64,000 nucleotides of DNA, taken from positions 43,738 through 107,737 of the forward strand of contig CAZNLJ010000015.1 of assembly GCA_964573725.1 (NCBI GenBank), given 5' to 3'. Of this stretch, positions 19,439 to 28,216 are shown piece after piece. This stretch comes from an uncultured Saprospiraceae bacterium (GTDB taxonomy: Bacteria > Bacteroidota > Bacteroidia > Chitinophagales > Saprospiraceae). A program made the position numbers and the translations under genes. How positions within the stretch are numbered: position 1 is the first letter of the stretch; each line of letters starts with the position of its first letter. The notes under the pieces are model-generated. The model was not told the DNA's origin and did not search any database. It worked only from the letters and a program-made list of their open reading frames with translations.

Positions 19439-19439
19439 G

Positions 19440-21131
19440 TCAAAACCTGGCCGTCACCCCACCCAACACGTTGATTCCGTAGGTGGGATAAAACAACCAG
19501 CGCTCCCGCTGGTTGTCCAGCAGATTGTTGAGGTCGAGGAAAGCGCCGAAGTGTTCGGCGAACCAATATTCCGCACCGAGACTGAGGTCATAGAGACCGC
19601 CCAGGTTCTCCCAACGGTTCACCCCGCTCCCGCCACGGATGTTCGAATAGACACCGCTCTCCAGGAAGAGCTGCGCTTTGGCACGCAGTTTCCCGTCCAA
19701 GGCTGTGTATTGGCCGATGACATTCGCCTGGAAGGCGGGCAGGTGCCAGGCCTTGAACTCGTCCACCTTGTCGAAGATATTGTAACTGACGAAACCGGTG
19801 ACATCCAGGCGTTCCAGCAAGGTTGCCCGGAGCGTGGCGGCGAGCTGGATGATGTTGACATCATCGTAGATTACCCGGAATGTCTGGTCCCGGGGATTGG
19901 GGTTGAACGTCTCGGTGGCACGGGCGGCGAAGAGGGCGAGGTCGTTGGTCGGTTTGTAGGCGACCCGGGCCGTGTACTCGATGGACTTGACCGCGCCGCG
20001 GACACCGGCGAAGGCCTCGAAGAAACGGGTGTTGCGCAGGATATCCGGCTGCAGGGAAGTGTACAGGTACGGGTTGTAGGTCGTCAGGTTCCGGAAATTG
20101 TTCTTTTGGAGGTCGCCGGACATACCGACGAACAGCGAGAGGAGGTCGCCGGACATATTGAGGGTGCATTCGAGGTCCGGAAAGAGTTCGAATTCATCCT
20201 TGTGGGATACCAACCTGGCACCTGCCCGCACCTTGAACGTCTTGCCATGGTAAGTGAAAGCCGGACGGAGGGTGTAGTTGTGCAGGTCCACGGCGGTCTG
20301 GAGGGTATCGTCGTACCAGGAGAAGTCGGTGACCACCGCCAAATCGAAGGCATGCCGTTCCCGGATCCACTTGGTGCCCTCCGCACGGAATTTGAAGCCG
20401 GTTTCGCGGGCGGCGAAAGCGTCCCCCATCGCATAGAAATCGATACCCGCCTTGTAGTTGAGGTCGCCGGCCGTCTGTACCCCGTTGAACAGTTCGGCGC
20501 CGAAGTCGAAGATACCGAACTGTTGGCGGACCGCCTCCTTCTCCTGGGAGCCCCCCTGGTAAGCGGGGTCGAAATTATAACCGTAGTAACTGTACCGGTT
20601 GGCGGTATAGCCCATCTTGGCCTGTACCGCATAACCTTGCGGGAAGTAGTAAGTGCCTTTCCCGGCGGCACGGGTGACGCCGAAAGCCTGGTTCTCCACC
20701 TCGTCGGAAGAGAAATCGGCGGCATGATGGAGCAGGTGAAGGCCTATGTCGTAGGCATTTTTCTTGTCCGGCCGGACGAAGGCGTGGTAAGACCCCTCCC
20801 CATAGCGGCTGTTGGGCAATCCGCCCCCCAGTTTTCCGAGAAAATGGTACAGGTCGGACACTTCCTCCCCGGACTTGAAAGGCACGGGCCGGATCCTGGG
20901 GGCCGGGTACTGGACCGCGAAGGTCTTTTCCGGGACCGCATATTGTTGGGTCTGGATGGCGGTATCCAACGGCAAGGGGACCGGTGTCAGGGAGAATTTT
21001 TCCGTTTCGGCGAGCTTGGCCTCGAACACCTTGACCACCTGGACCTGTTCGGAAGGCAGGTCCGTCTGGGCGGTCGCCAGGTAAGGCAGTAGCAGGAGCG
21101 GCAGCAGCCGGTAACGATTGGCAGGCATCAT
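19440..21131 (-). CDS. Putative outer-membrane beta-barrel porin (Porin_10-like)
   Basis: Signal peptide (LLPLLLLPYLATAQ). Aromatic-rich alternating composition ending in ...GGVTARF. Typical partner of the upstream giant TPR protein in Bacteroidota. Confidence 0.6.
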   Translation of the reverse strand: MMPANRYRLLPLLLLPYLATAQTDLPSEQVQVVKVFEAKLAETEKFSLTPVPLPLDTAIQTQQYAVPEKTFAVQYPAPRIRPVPFKSGEEVSDLYHFLGKLGGGLPNSRYGEGSYHAFVRPDKKNAYDIGLHLLHHAADFSSDEVENQAFGVTRAAGKGTYYFPQGYAVQAKMGYTANRYSYYGYNFDPAYQGGSQEKEAVRQQFGIFDFGAELFNGVQTAGDLNYKAGIDFYAMGDAFAARETGFKFRAEGTKWIRERHAFDLAVVTDFSWYDDTLQTAVDLHNYTLRPAFTYHGKTFKVRAGARLVSHKDEFELFPDLECTLNMSGDLLSLFVGMSGDLQKNNFRNLTTYNPYLYTSLQPDILRNTRFFEAFAGVRGAVKSIEYTARVAYKPTNDLALFAARATETFNPNPRDQTFRVIYDDVNIIQLAATLRATLLERLDVTGFVSYNIFDKVDEFKAWHLPAFQANVIGQYTALDGKLRAKAQLFLESGVYSNIRGGSGVNRWENLGGLYDLSLGAEYWFAEHFGAFLDLNNLLDNQRERWLFYPTYGINVLGGVTARF

Positions 21132-21181
21132 ATGGGCATCAGTTGTTGAATGTCTGGCAGCATGGTCATGCGGGGAAAAAA

Positions 21182-24100
21182 TCAGTTGTCCGTACCGTCG
21201 TCGTCCATGAAATCGTCGTCCCGCTCCAGGCGGCTTTCGCCGGCTTCGAGTCTTTTCAGGGATTCCAGTTTTTGACGGGCGGCGGGCAGGATATCGTCAT
21301 TGGGGACGGTATAATTCTCGATGAGCAGCTCCAGCACCGTCCGGGCGCTGAAGAGGTCGTTTTGTTCCGCATAGATATCCGACAGCAACAGGATGCTTTT
21401 ACCGGCCCAGACAGGATAATCGGCGTTGGCGGTATTGTTCTGCATACATTGGTCCTTGGCCTTTTCCAGTTCCCGGCGTTGGTACAGGACCTGGGCGATG
21501 AGGTAACGGGCTTCGGCGGACTGTTCGTTGTCAATCAGGGAGATGGTATGTTCGAAGGCGGTGGCGGCGTTGCGATAGTCCTTTCGGTCGAAGGCGAGTT
21601 TGCCGGTGAAGAAATGGGCCGTACCCAACTGTGCGTTCGTGGCACCGGGGTTGTTGAGCACTTTTTGGGCGGCGGCGGCGACCGACTCCTGTTTATCCAG
21701 ACGGTAAGCGGCATACAAGAGGCCGACCTGTGCCTCCAGCTTGTCATCCGCATCGGTCACGATTGCCTCCCAACGGGAGAAATACTGGAAAGCCTTTTCA
21801 AAATCCTGTTCGTTGTGATAGAGGATGCGGGCGGCTTTTCCGACGGCATCCACATAAAAACGGCCTTGTCCCTGGTCCACCAGCCAATCCAGGTCCTTGA
21901 GGGCCTGCGTGTATTGCCGTTGCAGCAGGTAGCTTTCCGCCCGATGGTACCGGGCCGCCTGGATATGGATGCCGTTGGGATATTTGGCGATGTAATCCGA
22001 ATAGGCGGAGACGGCGCGGTCGTAATTACCGGACTCGTAGGCGGATTCCGCTGCGGCGAAGGCATTTTCGTCCTTCTGAGCCGTGTCGATCTTGAAGCCG
22101 GGCACCGTTTCCAGGAAGCTGTTGAAGCCGTCCGGATCGCCGAGGTCCTTGATGTAGATTTCGCGCAGGGCGGCCAAGGCGGCATCGGCTTCCGATTTTT
22201 CCGGACTATGGGAAAAGACCTGTTTGTAGAAACTGATGGCATTCTGGGTGTTCCCCTGGTTGTAGGCGATCAGTCCCAAGCGAAGCAGCGCCGCATTGAA
22301 GAGCGGTGTCAGGGGGTATTTCTCCACCAATTCGCGGAAGGCGTCGGATGCCCGGGCCGCCTGGTTCATCTCCTGGTAGACCATGCCCATCTGGTAGAAA
22401 GCGTCATCCGCGTAATCGGAAGCCGGAAATTTACCGACCAGGTCCTCGAGGGCCAGGATTTTTTCGGTGGTGTTGCCGCGGAGACCTTCGATGATGGCTT
22501 TCTGATACAAAGCGTATTCGAAACCCGGGTAAGCGGCCTGGATGGCTTCGTCGTAGTAACGGATGGCATCCCGGTATTGGTTTTTCTTGAACATGCAGTC
22601 GCCGGCACGGAGGGTCGCATCACCCAGGATCCCATCCTTCACCTCCTTGTTCCGGAGCGAACGGCGGTTGCGTTTGATACCGGCGACCGCATCCTGGAAA
22701 TAGCTTTGCGCCGTGGTGAAATTCCCTTTCTTCAGGTAATTGTAGCCTTGGAGATAATTGGCCGTATGGACGGAGGATTCTTCCGGCAGGTTCTTGACGG
22801 ATTTGGAGAGTGTGAGGAACTGGTTGAGGAAGTCGATGCTGCGGTTATAGTCCTGACGCTGGTGGAGTACGTCACCTAACCAATAGAGCGTCAATGCCTT
22901 CACTTCCTGATTGACGGCGGTCTCGAGGGATTTGGAAAGCGAGGAGGAAGCCTCGGCCAATTTTCCGTCGCGGGCGAACTGGATGCCCTGGCGATAGAGG
23001 ACCTGCTGGTATGCCTCCTTGAGTTTGCCGGTCTTGTTGGGAATGGATTCCAGGGTGGAAATGGCTTGGCCGTAATCCCGGATACTCAGGAAGAGCTGCC
23101 CCATCAGGGCCTGGGCTTCGCCGTAATAGCTCGAGGAAGGACCGAACGATTGCAAAGCGGCCAGGGCTTCCTTCTCGAACCGGAGCTCGTAAGACAATTT
23201 GGCAAAGTGCAGCAGGGAAGTTTCCTGGATAGCGGGGTCGAACGACAGGCGGCTGGCGGCGGCGAAAGCGCTCCGGGCGGATTGTTTGTCCCTGAGTTTC
23301 AGGTGACAGTCCCCCAGGTAATACAAGGCCATTTGTCCGAGCGGGGACTGGACCTGTGTCAGTTCGTTGAAATTGCGCGCCGCCTCCGCATATTTGCCCA
23401 TCTTATATTGGCAGAAGGCGAGTTGATAGAACTCCTCCTCCCGCATCCGGGCCGTATTGTCGCCATATTTCTCCAGATAAGGAAGCGCGCTGGCGAAATC
23501 CGCCTTTTCGAAGTAGGCCTGACCCACGAGCTGGTTCATTTCCCGCAGGTTCTTGATGGAGGTATCCGCCAGTTTGGGGACGGCATACCGGATGAGCTGG
23601 TCGAAATCCCTTTGGGCGAAGTAAATCTGTGTGATATAATAGGGAACGTGCGCCTGGTACTCCCGGGAGTTCTCCACCCGCCTGAACGCGCCGATGGCAT
23701 CCGGGTAGGCATCCGCGAAGAAACGGCAGAGGCCGTAATAGTAATTCGCGGCGTAGAAGTATTCGCCCTCCATATCCTTGACCTGGATGAAATTGAATTC
23801 CGCCTCCTGGAATTGCTTGCGGACGAAATGGCTGTAGCCCAATTTGAAGTGAACTTCCGCCCGAAGTGTGTAGGTGAGGTAATCGGTATTGATCTGCCGG
23901 TAAAAGGTGATGGCCTTGTCGTATTCCCTGGCATTGTAGAAATAGTTCGCCACTTCGAGCTGGGCCTGCCCGGCAATGGGATCGGGCTGGTGTTGCCGGA
24001 TGAAATCCACCATCATTTTTTCCCCGTCGGGCAGTCCGATTCGGATGGCGGCGGTGGCATATCCGAGGGCGGCCTTTGTCTTTAAGGATTGCCAGGCAGG

Positions 24101-24394
24101 CTCGTTGGCAGGGCCGGCAAGCTCCATGGCCTGCCGATATTCCTGCATGGCTTGGCCGAAGGCTCCGCTCGCAAAAAGGGACTCCCCGCGTTTGAAGGCC
24201 GACATGGCATCGGAATACACGGTCGTCTTTTGGGCGCCGCACCAAAGCGGCAGGGCGAGCAAGGTAAGCAAGGCCATGGAGAGCCGCAGCCTCCGGCCGC
24301 TCCGGCGCGTAGATCGGCCACCGGAAGGACGCGCGAAAAAGGAGATGTCCATGGACGGGCGGTATTGGTTCATAAAGTCTTTGGTCTGATGCAT
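21182..24394 (-). CDS. Large tetratricopeptide-repeat protein (about 1030-1070 aa), secreted
   Basis: Repeated TPR-like A/Y/F-rich 34-mers throughout. A signal peptide MALLTLLALPLWCGAQ suggests the true start may be at 24277. Confidence 0.75.
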   Translation of the reverse strand: MHQTKDFMNQYRPSMDISFFARPSGGRSTRRSGRRLRLSMALLTLLALPLWCGAQKTTVYSDAMSAFKRGESLFASGAFGQAMQEYRQAMELAGPANEPAWQSLKTKAALGYATAAIRIGLPDGEKMMVDFIRQHQPDPIAGQAQLEVANYFYNAREYDKAITFYRQINTDYLTYTLRAEVHFKLGYSHFVRKQFQEAEFNFIQVKDMEGEYFYAANYYYGLCRFFADAYPDAIGAFRRVENSREYQAHVPYYITQIYFAQRDFDQLIRYAVPKLADTSIKNLREMNQLVGQAYFEKADFASALPYLEKYGDNTARMREEEFYQLAFCQYKMGKYAEAARNFNELTQVQSPLGQMALYYLGDCHLKLRDKQSARSAFAAASRLSFDPAIQETSLLHFAKLSYELRFEKEALAALQSFGPSSSYYGEAQALMGQLFLSIRDYGQAISTLESIPNKTGKLKEAYQQVLYRQGIQFARDGKLAEASSSLSKSLETAVNQEVKALTLYWLGDVLHQRQDYNRSIDFLNQFLTLSKSVKNLPEESSVHTANYLQGYNYLKKGNFTTAQSYFQDAVAGIKRNRRSLRNKEVKDGILGDATLRAGDCMFKKNQYRDAIRYYDEAIQAAYPGFEYALYQKAIIEGLRGNTTEKILALEDLVGKFPASDYADDAFYQMGMVYQEMNQAARASDAFRELVEKYPLTPLFNAALLRLGLIAYNQGNTQNAISFYKQVFSHSPEKSEADAALAALREIYIKDLGDPDGFNSFLETVPGFKIDTAQKDENAFAAAESAYESGNYDRAVSAYSDYIAKYPNGIHIQAARYHRAESYLLQRQYTQALKDLDWLVDQGQGRFYVDAVGKAARILYHNEQDFEKAFQYFSRWEAIVTDADDKLEAQVGLLYAAYRLDKQESVAAAAQKVLNNPGATNAQLGTAHFFTGKLAFDRKDYRNAATAFEHTISLIDNEQSAEARYLIAQVLYQRRELEKAKDQCMQNNTANADYPVWAGKSILLLSDIYAEQNDLFSARTVLELLIENYTVPNDDILPAARQKLESLKRLEAGESRLERDDDFMDDDGTDN

Positions 24395-24795
24395 ACGATA
24401 ACGGACAAGGAAGTCGCTTTATTTCAATCCGGCCCCGCTTCCTGCCCAGCCGATGGGCGGCAGGGGCCCGACTCCCTCATCGTGGCGGTGAAATTAGCGA
24501 TTTATACGGATTCCGCATCACCCGTCGGGAGGGATTGTCCAGGTGTTCCGGCAAGTGACCGGTGTCCGTCGGCCGGTCCGACCCGGGGTCCGGGCAATTG
24601 GCCCCGGCCCTGGAAGCCCCCTTGCGACGGCCGGGAACCCGGATTCCGGTGGCCCTGGATTTTCACCCATGGAAAACAAAAACATCGAAACGGCATTTAT
24701 ATGTCCGACTCACTTCTCCAGGGATCCGGGACAGGATATACCGGCCGTGCCGGATGGAAACATGTCCTTCGTGTTCCCTGGTCACAAAATCAAGG

Positions 24796-24981
24796 ATGAT
24801 GTTCGGACTGTTCAAGAAAGATCCCGTCAAGGCGCTTGAAAAAGCATATGCCCGCAAACTCGAGGAAGCCCGTGACACCCAGCGTGCCGGTGACATCAAA
24901 GGGTACGCCCGGCTGATGGAGGAAGCCGAGGAGATGGCCCGGCAGATCGAGGCCTTGAAGGCATCGGGAAGTTCCCGGTAG
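24796..24981 (+). CDS. Small DUF6435 (Lacal_2735-like) protein
   Basis: MMFGLFKKDPVKALEKAYARKLEEA... matches the characteristic N-terminus and coiled-coil of this ~60-aa Bacteroidota family. The ORF-track start at 24562 is unlikely. Confidence 0.65.
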   Translation: MMFGLFKKDPVKALEKAYARKLEEARDTQRAGDIKGYARLMEEAEEMARQIEALKASGSSR

Positions 24982-24994
24982 CCGGCCCTCCCTT

Positions 24995-27907
24995 TCACTC
25001 TACCTGCAGCCGGGTGGACCGGCTGATACCCGCCGCCTGCTCCACCACCACCTCCAGCGTACCTTTGCGGAGGTAATGCTTCCCGTTGTCCCCGGCATCC
25101 ACCGTCGTGGCAACCCGATTTCCTTTCTTCCCGGTCGGCTGTCGGGAGGCCGCGTATGCCGCTGCGGCTTCCGCACGTATTACCCCGTTGTAGTCCAGGA
25201 AATTGAGTCCCCGTTCCAACAGGACATCCTCCTCGTGGAGGACCAGGTCCCCTGCACGGACCGACCAGGTCGCCGGACCGCCGGATGGGGAGAAGACGGG
25301 GATGCGGATGGACGGTTCCCGCACTTCCGTGGACCAGGCATCCCGGATACTTCCCCAATGGTCCCGGTAGGCTACTTTTTCCAATGGGAAAAGGGTCAGG
25401 TCCGCCGAACGAATGCTGTCGGTGAGTTGCTGCAGCAGGGAGACATTCCCCTGGTAAACGGATCGTCCGTGGGTACCCATGAGGAGGTCGCCCGAAGCCG
25501 GGTGGACCACGAGGTCGTGCACCGGCACAGCCGGCAGCTCAGCGCCCAGGGCCATGGTGGTGTTCCCTTGGTCGAAGGAGGCGTACACCCCATGGTCCGT
25601 ACCGATATAGATGAGGTCGGGGTGCACCGGGTCTTCCTTGACGACATTGACAGGTTCCAGGGGCAGGTCGGTGCCGATGCGTTGCCAGGTCTGTCCGAAA
25701 TCGTCGGAGCGGTAGACCAGGGCCCGGAAATCGTCCTGCCGGTATCCGTTGAGCGCCACATAGACCCGGCCCTCCGCGTGGGCGGAAGCCTGGATACGGG
25801 CCACCCAGAACTTACCGGCCGGAAGTTGGTCCGAAATCCTGGACCAGGAATATCCGCCGTCCTTCGACACGTGGATCAGGCCGTCGTCGGAGCCGGCATA
25901 CAAGAGTCCGAAGCGGCGGGGGCTTTCATGGAGGGTCGTCAGCGTCCCGAACGGAACATCGCCCGGTTTGCCGCCCAAGGTGAGGTCGGGGGAGATGACC
26001 TGCCAGTCCTTCCCCTGGTTGAAGGAGCGGTGCACCCGTTGGGAGCCCATGTACAGGATATCGGGCTGATGCCGGGACAGGTGGACAGGGGTTTGCCAAT
26101 TCCAACGGAAGGGAGGCTCGCCGATGTCCCGTTGCGGGGTAATCGGGCTGCGCTCGCCGGTCTGCGTATCGATCCGAAAATAATTCCCGAATTGGAAGCC
26201 GGTGTAAACCGTCCGGTTGTCGCGGGGATCCACCGCCACCTGCATACCGTCGCCGCCGAGGATGGACTTCCAGGGGTAATGGCCGCTACCCTGCCAATAC
26301 GTGCCGGCGCGGTAATCGGAGGGGCCCATCCAGACGCCGTTGTCCTGAAGCCCGCCGTAGACCTGGTAGGGAACGGCCCCGTCGGCGGCGATGTAGTAGA
26401 ATTGGCCGACGGCCGGGGTATTGCATTTGACCCAATGCCGGCCGTCGTCGTAGCTGATGTTGACGCCGCCGTCGTTGCCCAGGATCAGATGACCCCGGCG
26501 GGTGGGATTCAGCCAAAGGGCATGGTGGTCGCCGTGTACATTTTCGCCGTCGATCGAAGTCCAGGTTTCCCCGCCGTCCCGGGAGGTGATGACCGGCACC
26601 CCGAAGATGTACAGTTGGTCCGGAGTACCGGGGGCCACCCGTATCTGGCCGAAATAGTACCCGTAGGAGTAGAAAAGGTCATCGTGGTAATCCGCGTGGG
26701 TCCGCACCCAGGTACGTCCGCCGTTTTCGGAACGGTAGACCTCCGCACCGACCACTTCTGTGTTGACCAAGCGGTCGTTCGCATTGTCCAGGTAGTCGGC
26801 AATCAGGGCGGGCGTGAAAGCGCCTTCCCGCACCCGGGCCTTCAGGACGGCGGCGGAGTATTTCCGGGGATAGCGGTTCTGCTTGAGGAAAGCGTCGAGC
26901 GTTTCCTCCGGCAAGGCCAGGAAATCCTGGGCCGACAGGCCGGCCAGTTGTTCCCGGCTGAGACCAGCCGCCGCGGCGGGCGAATCCGGGGCCGGCCGAA
27001 GCGATTGGTTGTCGACCACGGCATATATCACGGAGGCCCCGTCCGGGCGGGCTGCGGCGGCCAGACCGATGCGGCCCACCTCCGTGCCCACAGGAAATCC
27101 GGCACCTTCGTCGGTCAGGTGGGTCCAGGATTCTCCGCCGTCCGCGCTCCGCCAGATGCCGGATCCCTGACCCGACTCGACGAAATTCCAGGCGGTGCGG
27201 GTGCGGGTCCAGGCCGCCGCATACAGGACGGCGGGGTCGGCAGGGTCTGCCAGCAAATCGACCACTCCGGTGGTATCGTTGATGTACAGGACCTTACGCC
27301 AGGTTTGGCCGCCATCGGAGGTCTTGTACACCCCGCGTTCCGGATTCGGGGAATAAAGGTGTCCGAGCACGGCCACCCACAGGATGTTGGTATCGGTGGG
27401 ATGGAGGACAACCCGCCCGATGTGGTGGGACTCCTCCAGTCCTTTGTGCTCCCAGGTGGATCCGCCGTCCCGGCTGAGGAACATACCCACGCCGGCGTAA
27501 CTGGAGCGGCTCGCGTTCACCTCTCCGGTGCCGGCCCATATCCGGTTGTTCTCCCAATCCGCGGCGATATCCCCCAGGGTCATGACGGCTTCCCGGTCGA
27601 AGAGCGGTTCGAAGGACTGTCCGTTGTTGACGGTCTTCCACAAGCCGCCGGAAGCGTAGGCGACCAGGAAGGTCGTGGGGTCGTCCGGGTGTACGTCCAG
27701 GTCCGCGACCCGGCCGCCGAATACGGAAGGTCCGATGCTGCGGAAGGGAACCCCGGCGACCAGGGACCTTTCCCGGGATGCCTTCCGTTGTTCGGCCATG
27801 TACCGACGGACGGTTCCGGCCGTCGGTTCCGGAAGGATGGTTTGTGCGAGGAGCGGCGCTACCAGACAGGACAGCAGGGCCGGCAAGGCGAAACGGCGGG
27901 CGTTCAT
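24995..27907 (-). CDS. BNR/Asp-box repeat, sortilin/VPS10-like beta-propeller protein (secreted)
   Basis: Signal peptide. Multiple SxDxGxTW Asp-box repeats (SRDGGSTW, TSDGGQTW, SADGGESW, SRDGGETW, SKDGGYSW, SDDFGQTW). Confidence 0.85.
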   Translation of the reverse strand: MNARRFALPALLSCLVAPLLAQTILPEPTAGTVRRYMAEQRKASRERSLVAGVPFRSIGPSVFGGRVADLDVHPDDPTTFLVAYASGGLWKTVNNGQSFEPLFDREAVMTLGDIAADWENNRIWAGTGEVNASRSSYAGVGMFLSRDGGSTWEHKGLEESHHIGRVVLHPTDTNILWVAVLGHLYSPNPERGVYKTSDGGQTWRKVLYINDTTGVVDLLADPADPAVLYAAAWTRTRTAWNFVESGQGSGIWRSADGGESWTHLTDEGAGFPVGTEVGRIGLAAAARPDGASVIYAVVDNQSLRPAPDSPAAAAGLSREQLAGLSAQDFLALPEETLDAFLKQNRYPRKYSAAVLKARVREGAFTPALIADYLDNANDRLVNTEVVGAEVYRSENGGRTWVRTHADYHDDLFYSYGYYFGQIRVAPGTPDQLYIFGVPVITSRDGGETWTSIDGENVHGDHHALWLNPTRRGHLILGNDGGVNISYDDGRHWVKCNTPAVGQFYYIAADGAVPYQVYGGLQDNGVWMGPSDYRAGTYWQGSGHYPWKSILGGDGMQVAVDPRDNRTVYTGFQFGNYFRIDTQTGERSPITPQRDIGEPPFRWNWQTPVHLSRHQPDILYMGSQRVHRSFNQGKDWQVISPDLTLGGKPGDVPFGTLTTLHESPRRFGLLYAGSDDGLIHVSKDGGYSWSRISDQLPAGKFWVARIQASAHAEGRVYVALNGYRQDDFRALVYRSDDFGQTWQRIGTDLPLEPVNVVKEDPVHPDLIYIGTDHGVYASFDQGNTTMALGAELPAVPVHDLVVHPASGDLLMGTHGRSVYQGNVSLLQQLTDSIRSADLTLFPLEKVAYRDHWGSIRDAWSTEVREPSIRIPVFSPSGGPATWSVRAGDLVLHEEDVLLERGLNFLDYNGVIRAEAAAAYAASRQPTGKKGNRVATTVDAGDNGKHYLRKGTLEVVVEQAAGISRSTRLQVE

Positions 27908-28216
27908 TGTGTTTGGTCATGTGTTGCCCCCTTCCACGGACACCGTTCGGTACGTTGTGCCCGGATCGGGGAAAGTGTTCGATGCGATGGTCAAAGATAA
28001 CCCATTCCCGCCAGTTACAAAAAAATGTCTCTTCCACCCCGCACCGGGCAGATGCCGGCGGGGCCGGAGCGGCAACTAGACGGCCTCCTCAGCGACAGGA
28101 TGAATTTTTAAAACAATTTGTAACTTTGGCGTTTGTCGAAGCACGCCTGAAACTTTTTGTTTTCCAGGGATGCACCGGTACGGAGATACCGGCCGTCCCC
28201 ACCAAAAAACGACCAC

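Noticed and set aside
24657-24667. GGTGAAAATCC on the minus strand, upstream of the TPR gene, resembles the conserved core of cobalamin riboswitches.
   Set aside because: The flanking conserved elements are absent (GGGAA upstream, GCnGnCCCGCnACTG downstream, and a B12 box AGCCAGGAGACCTGCC). The downstream gene is not B12-related.
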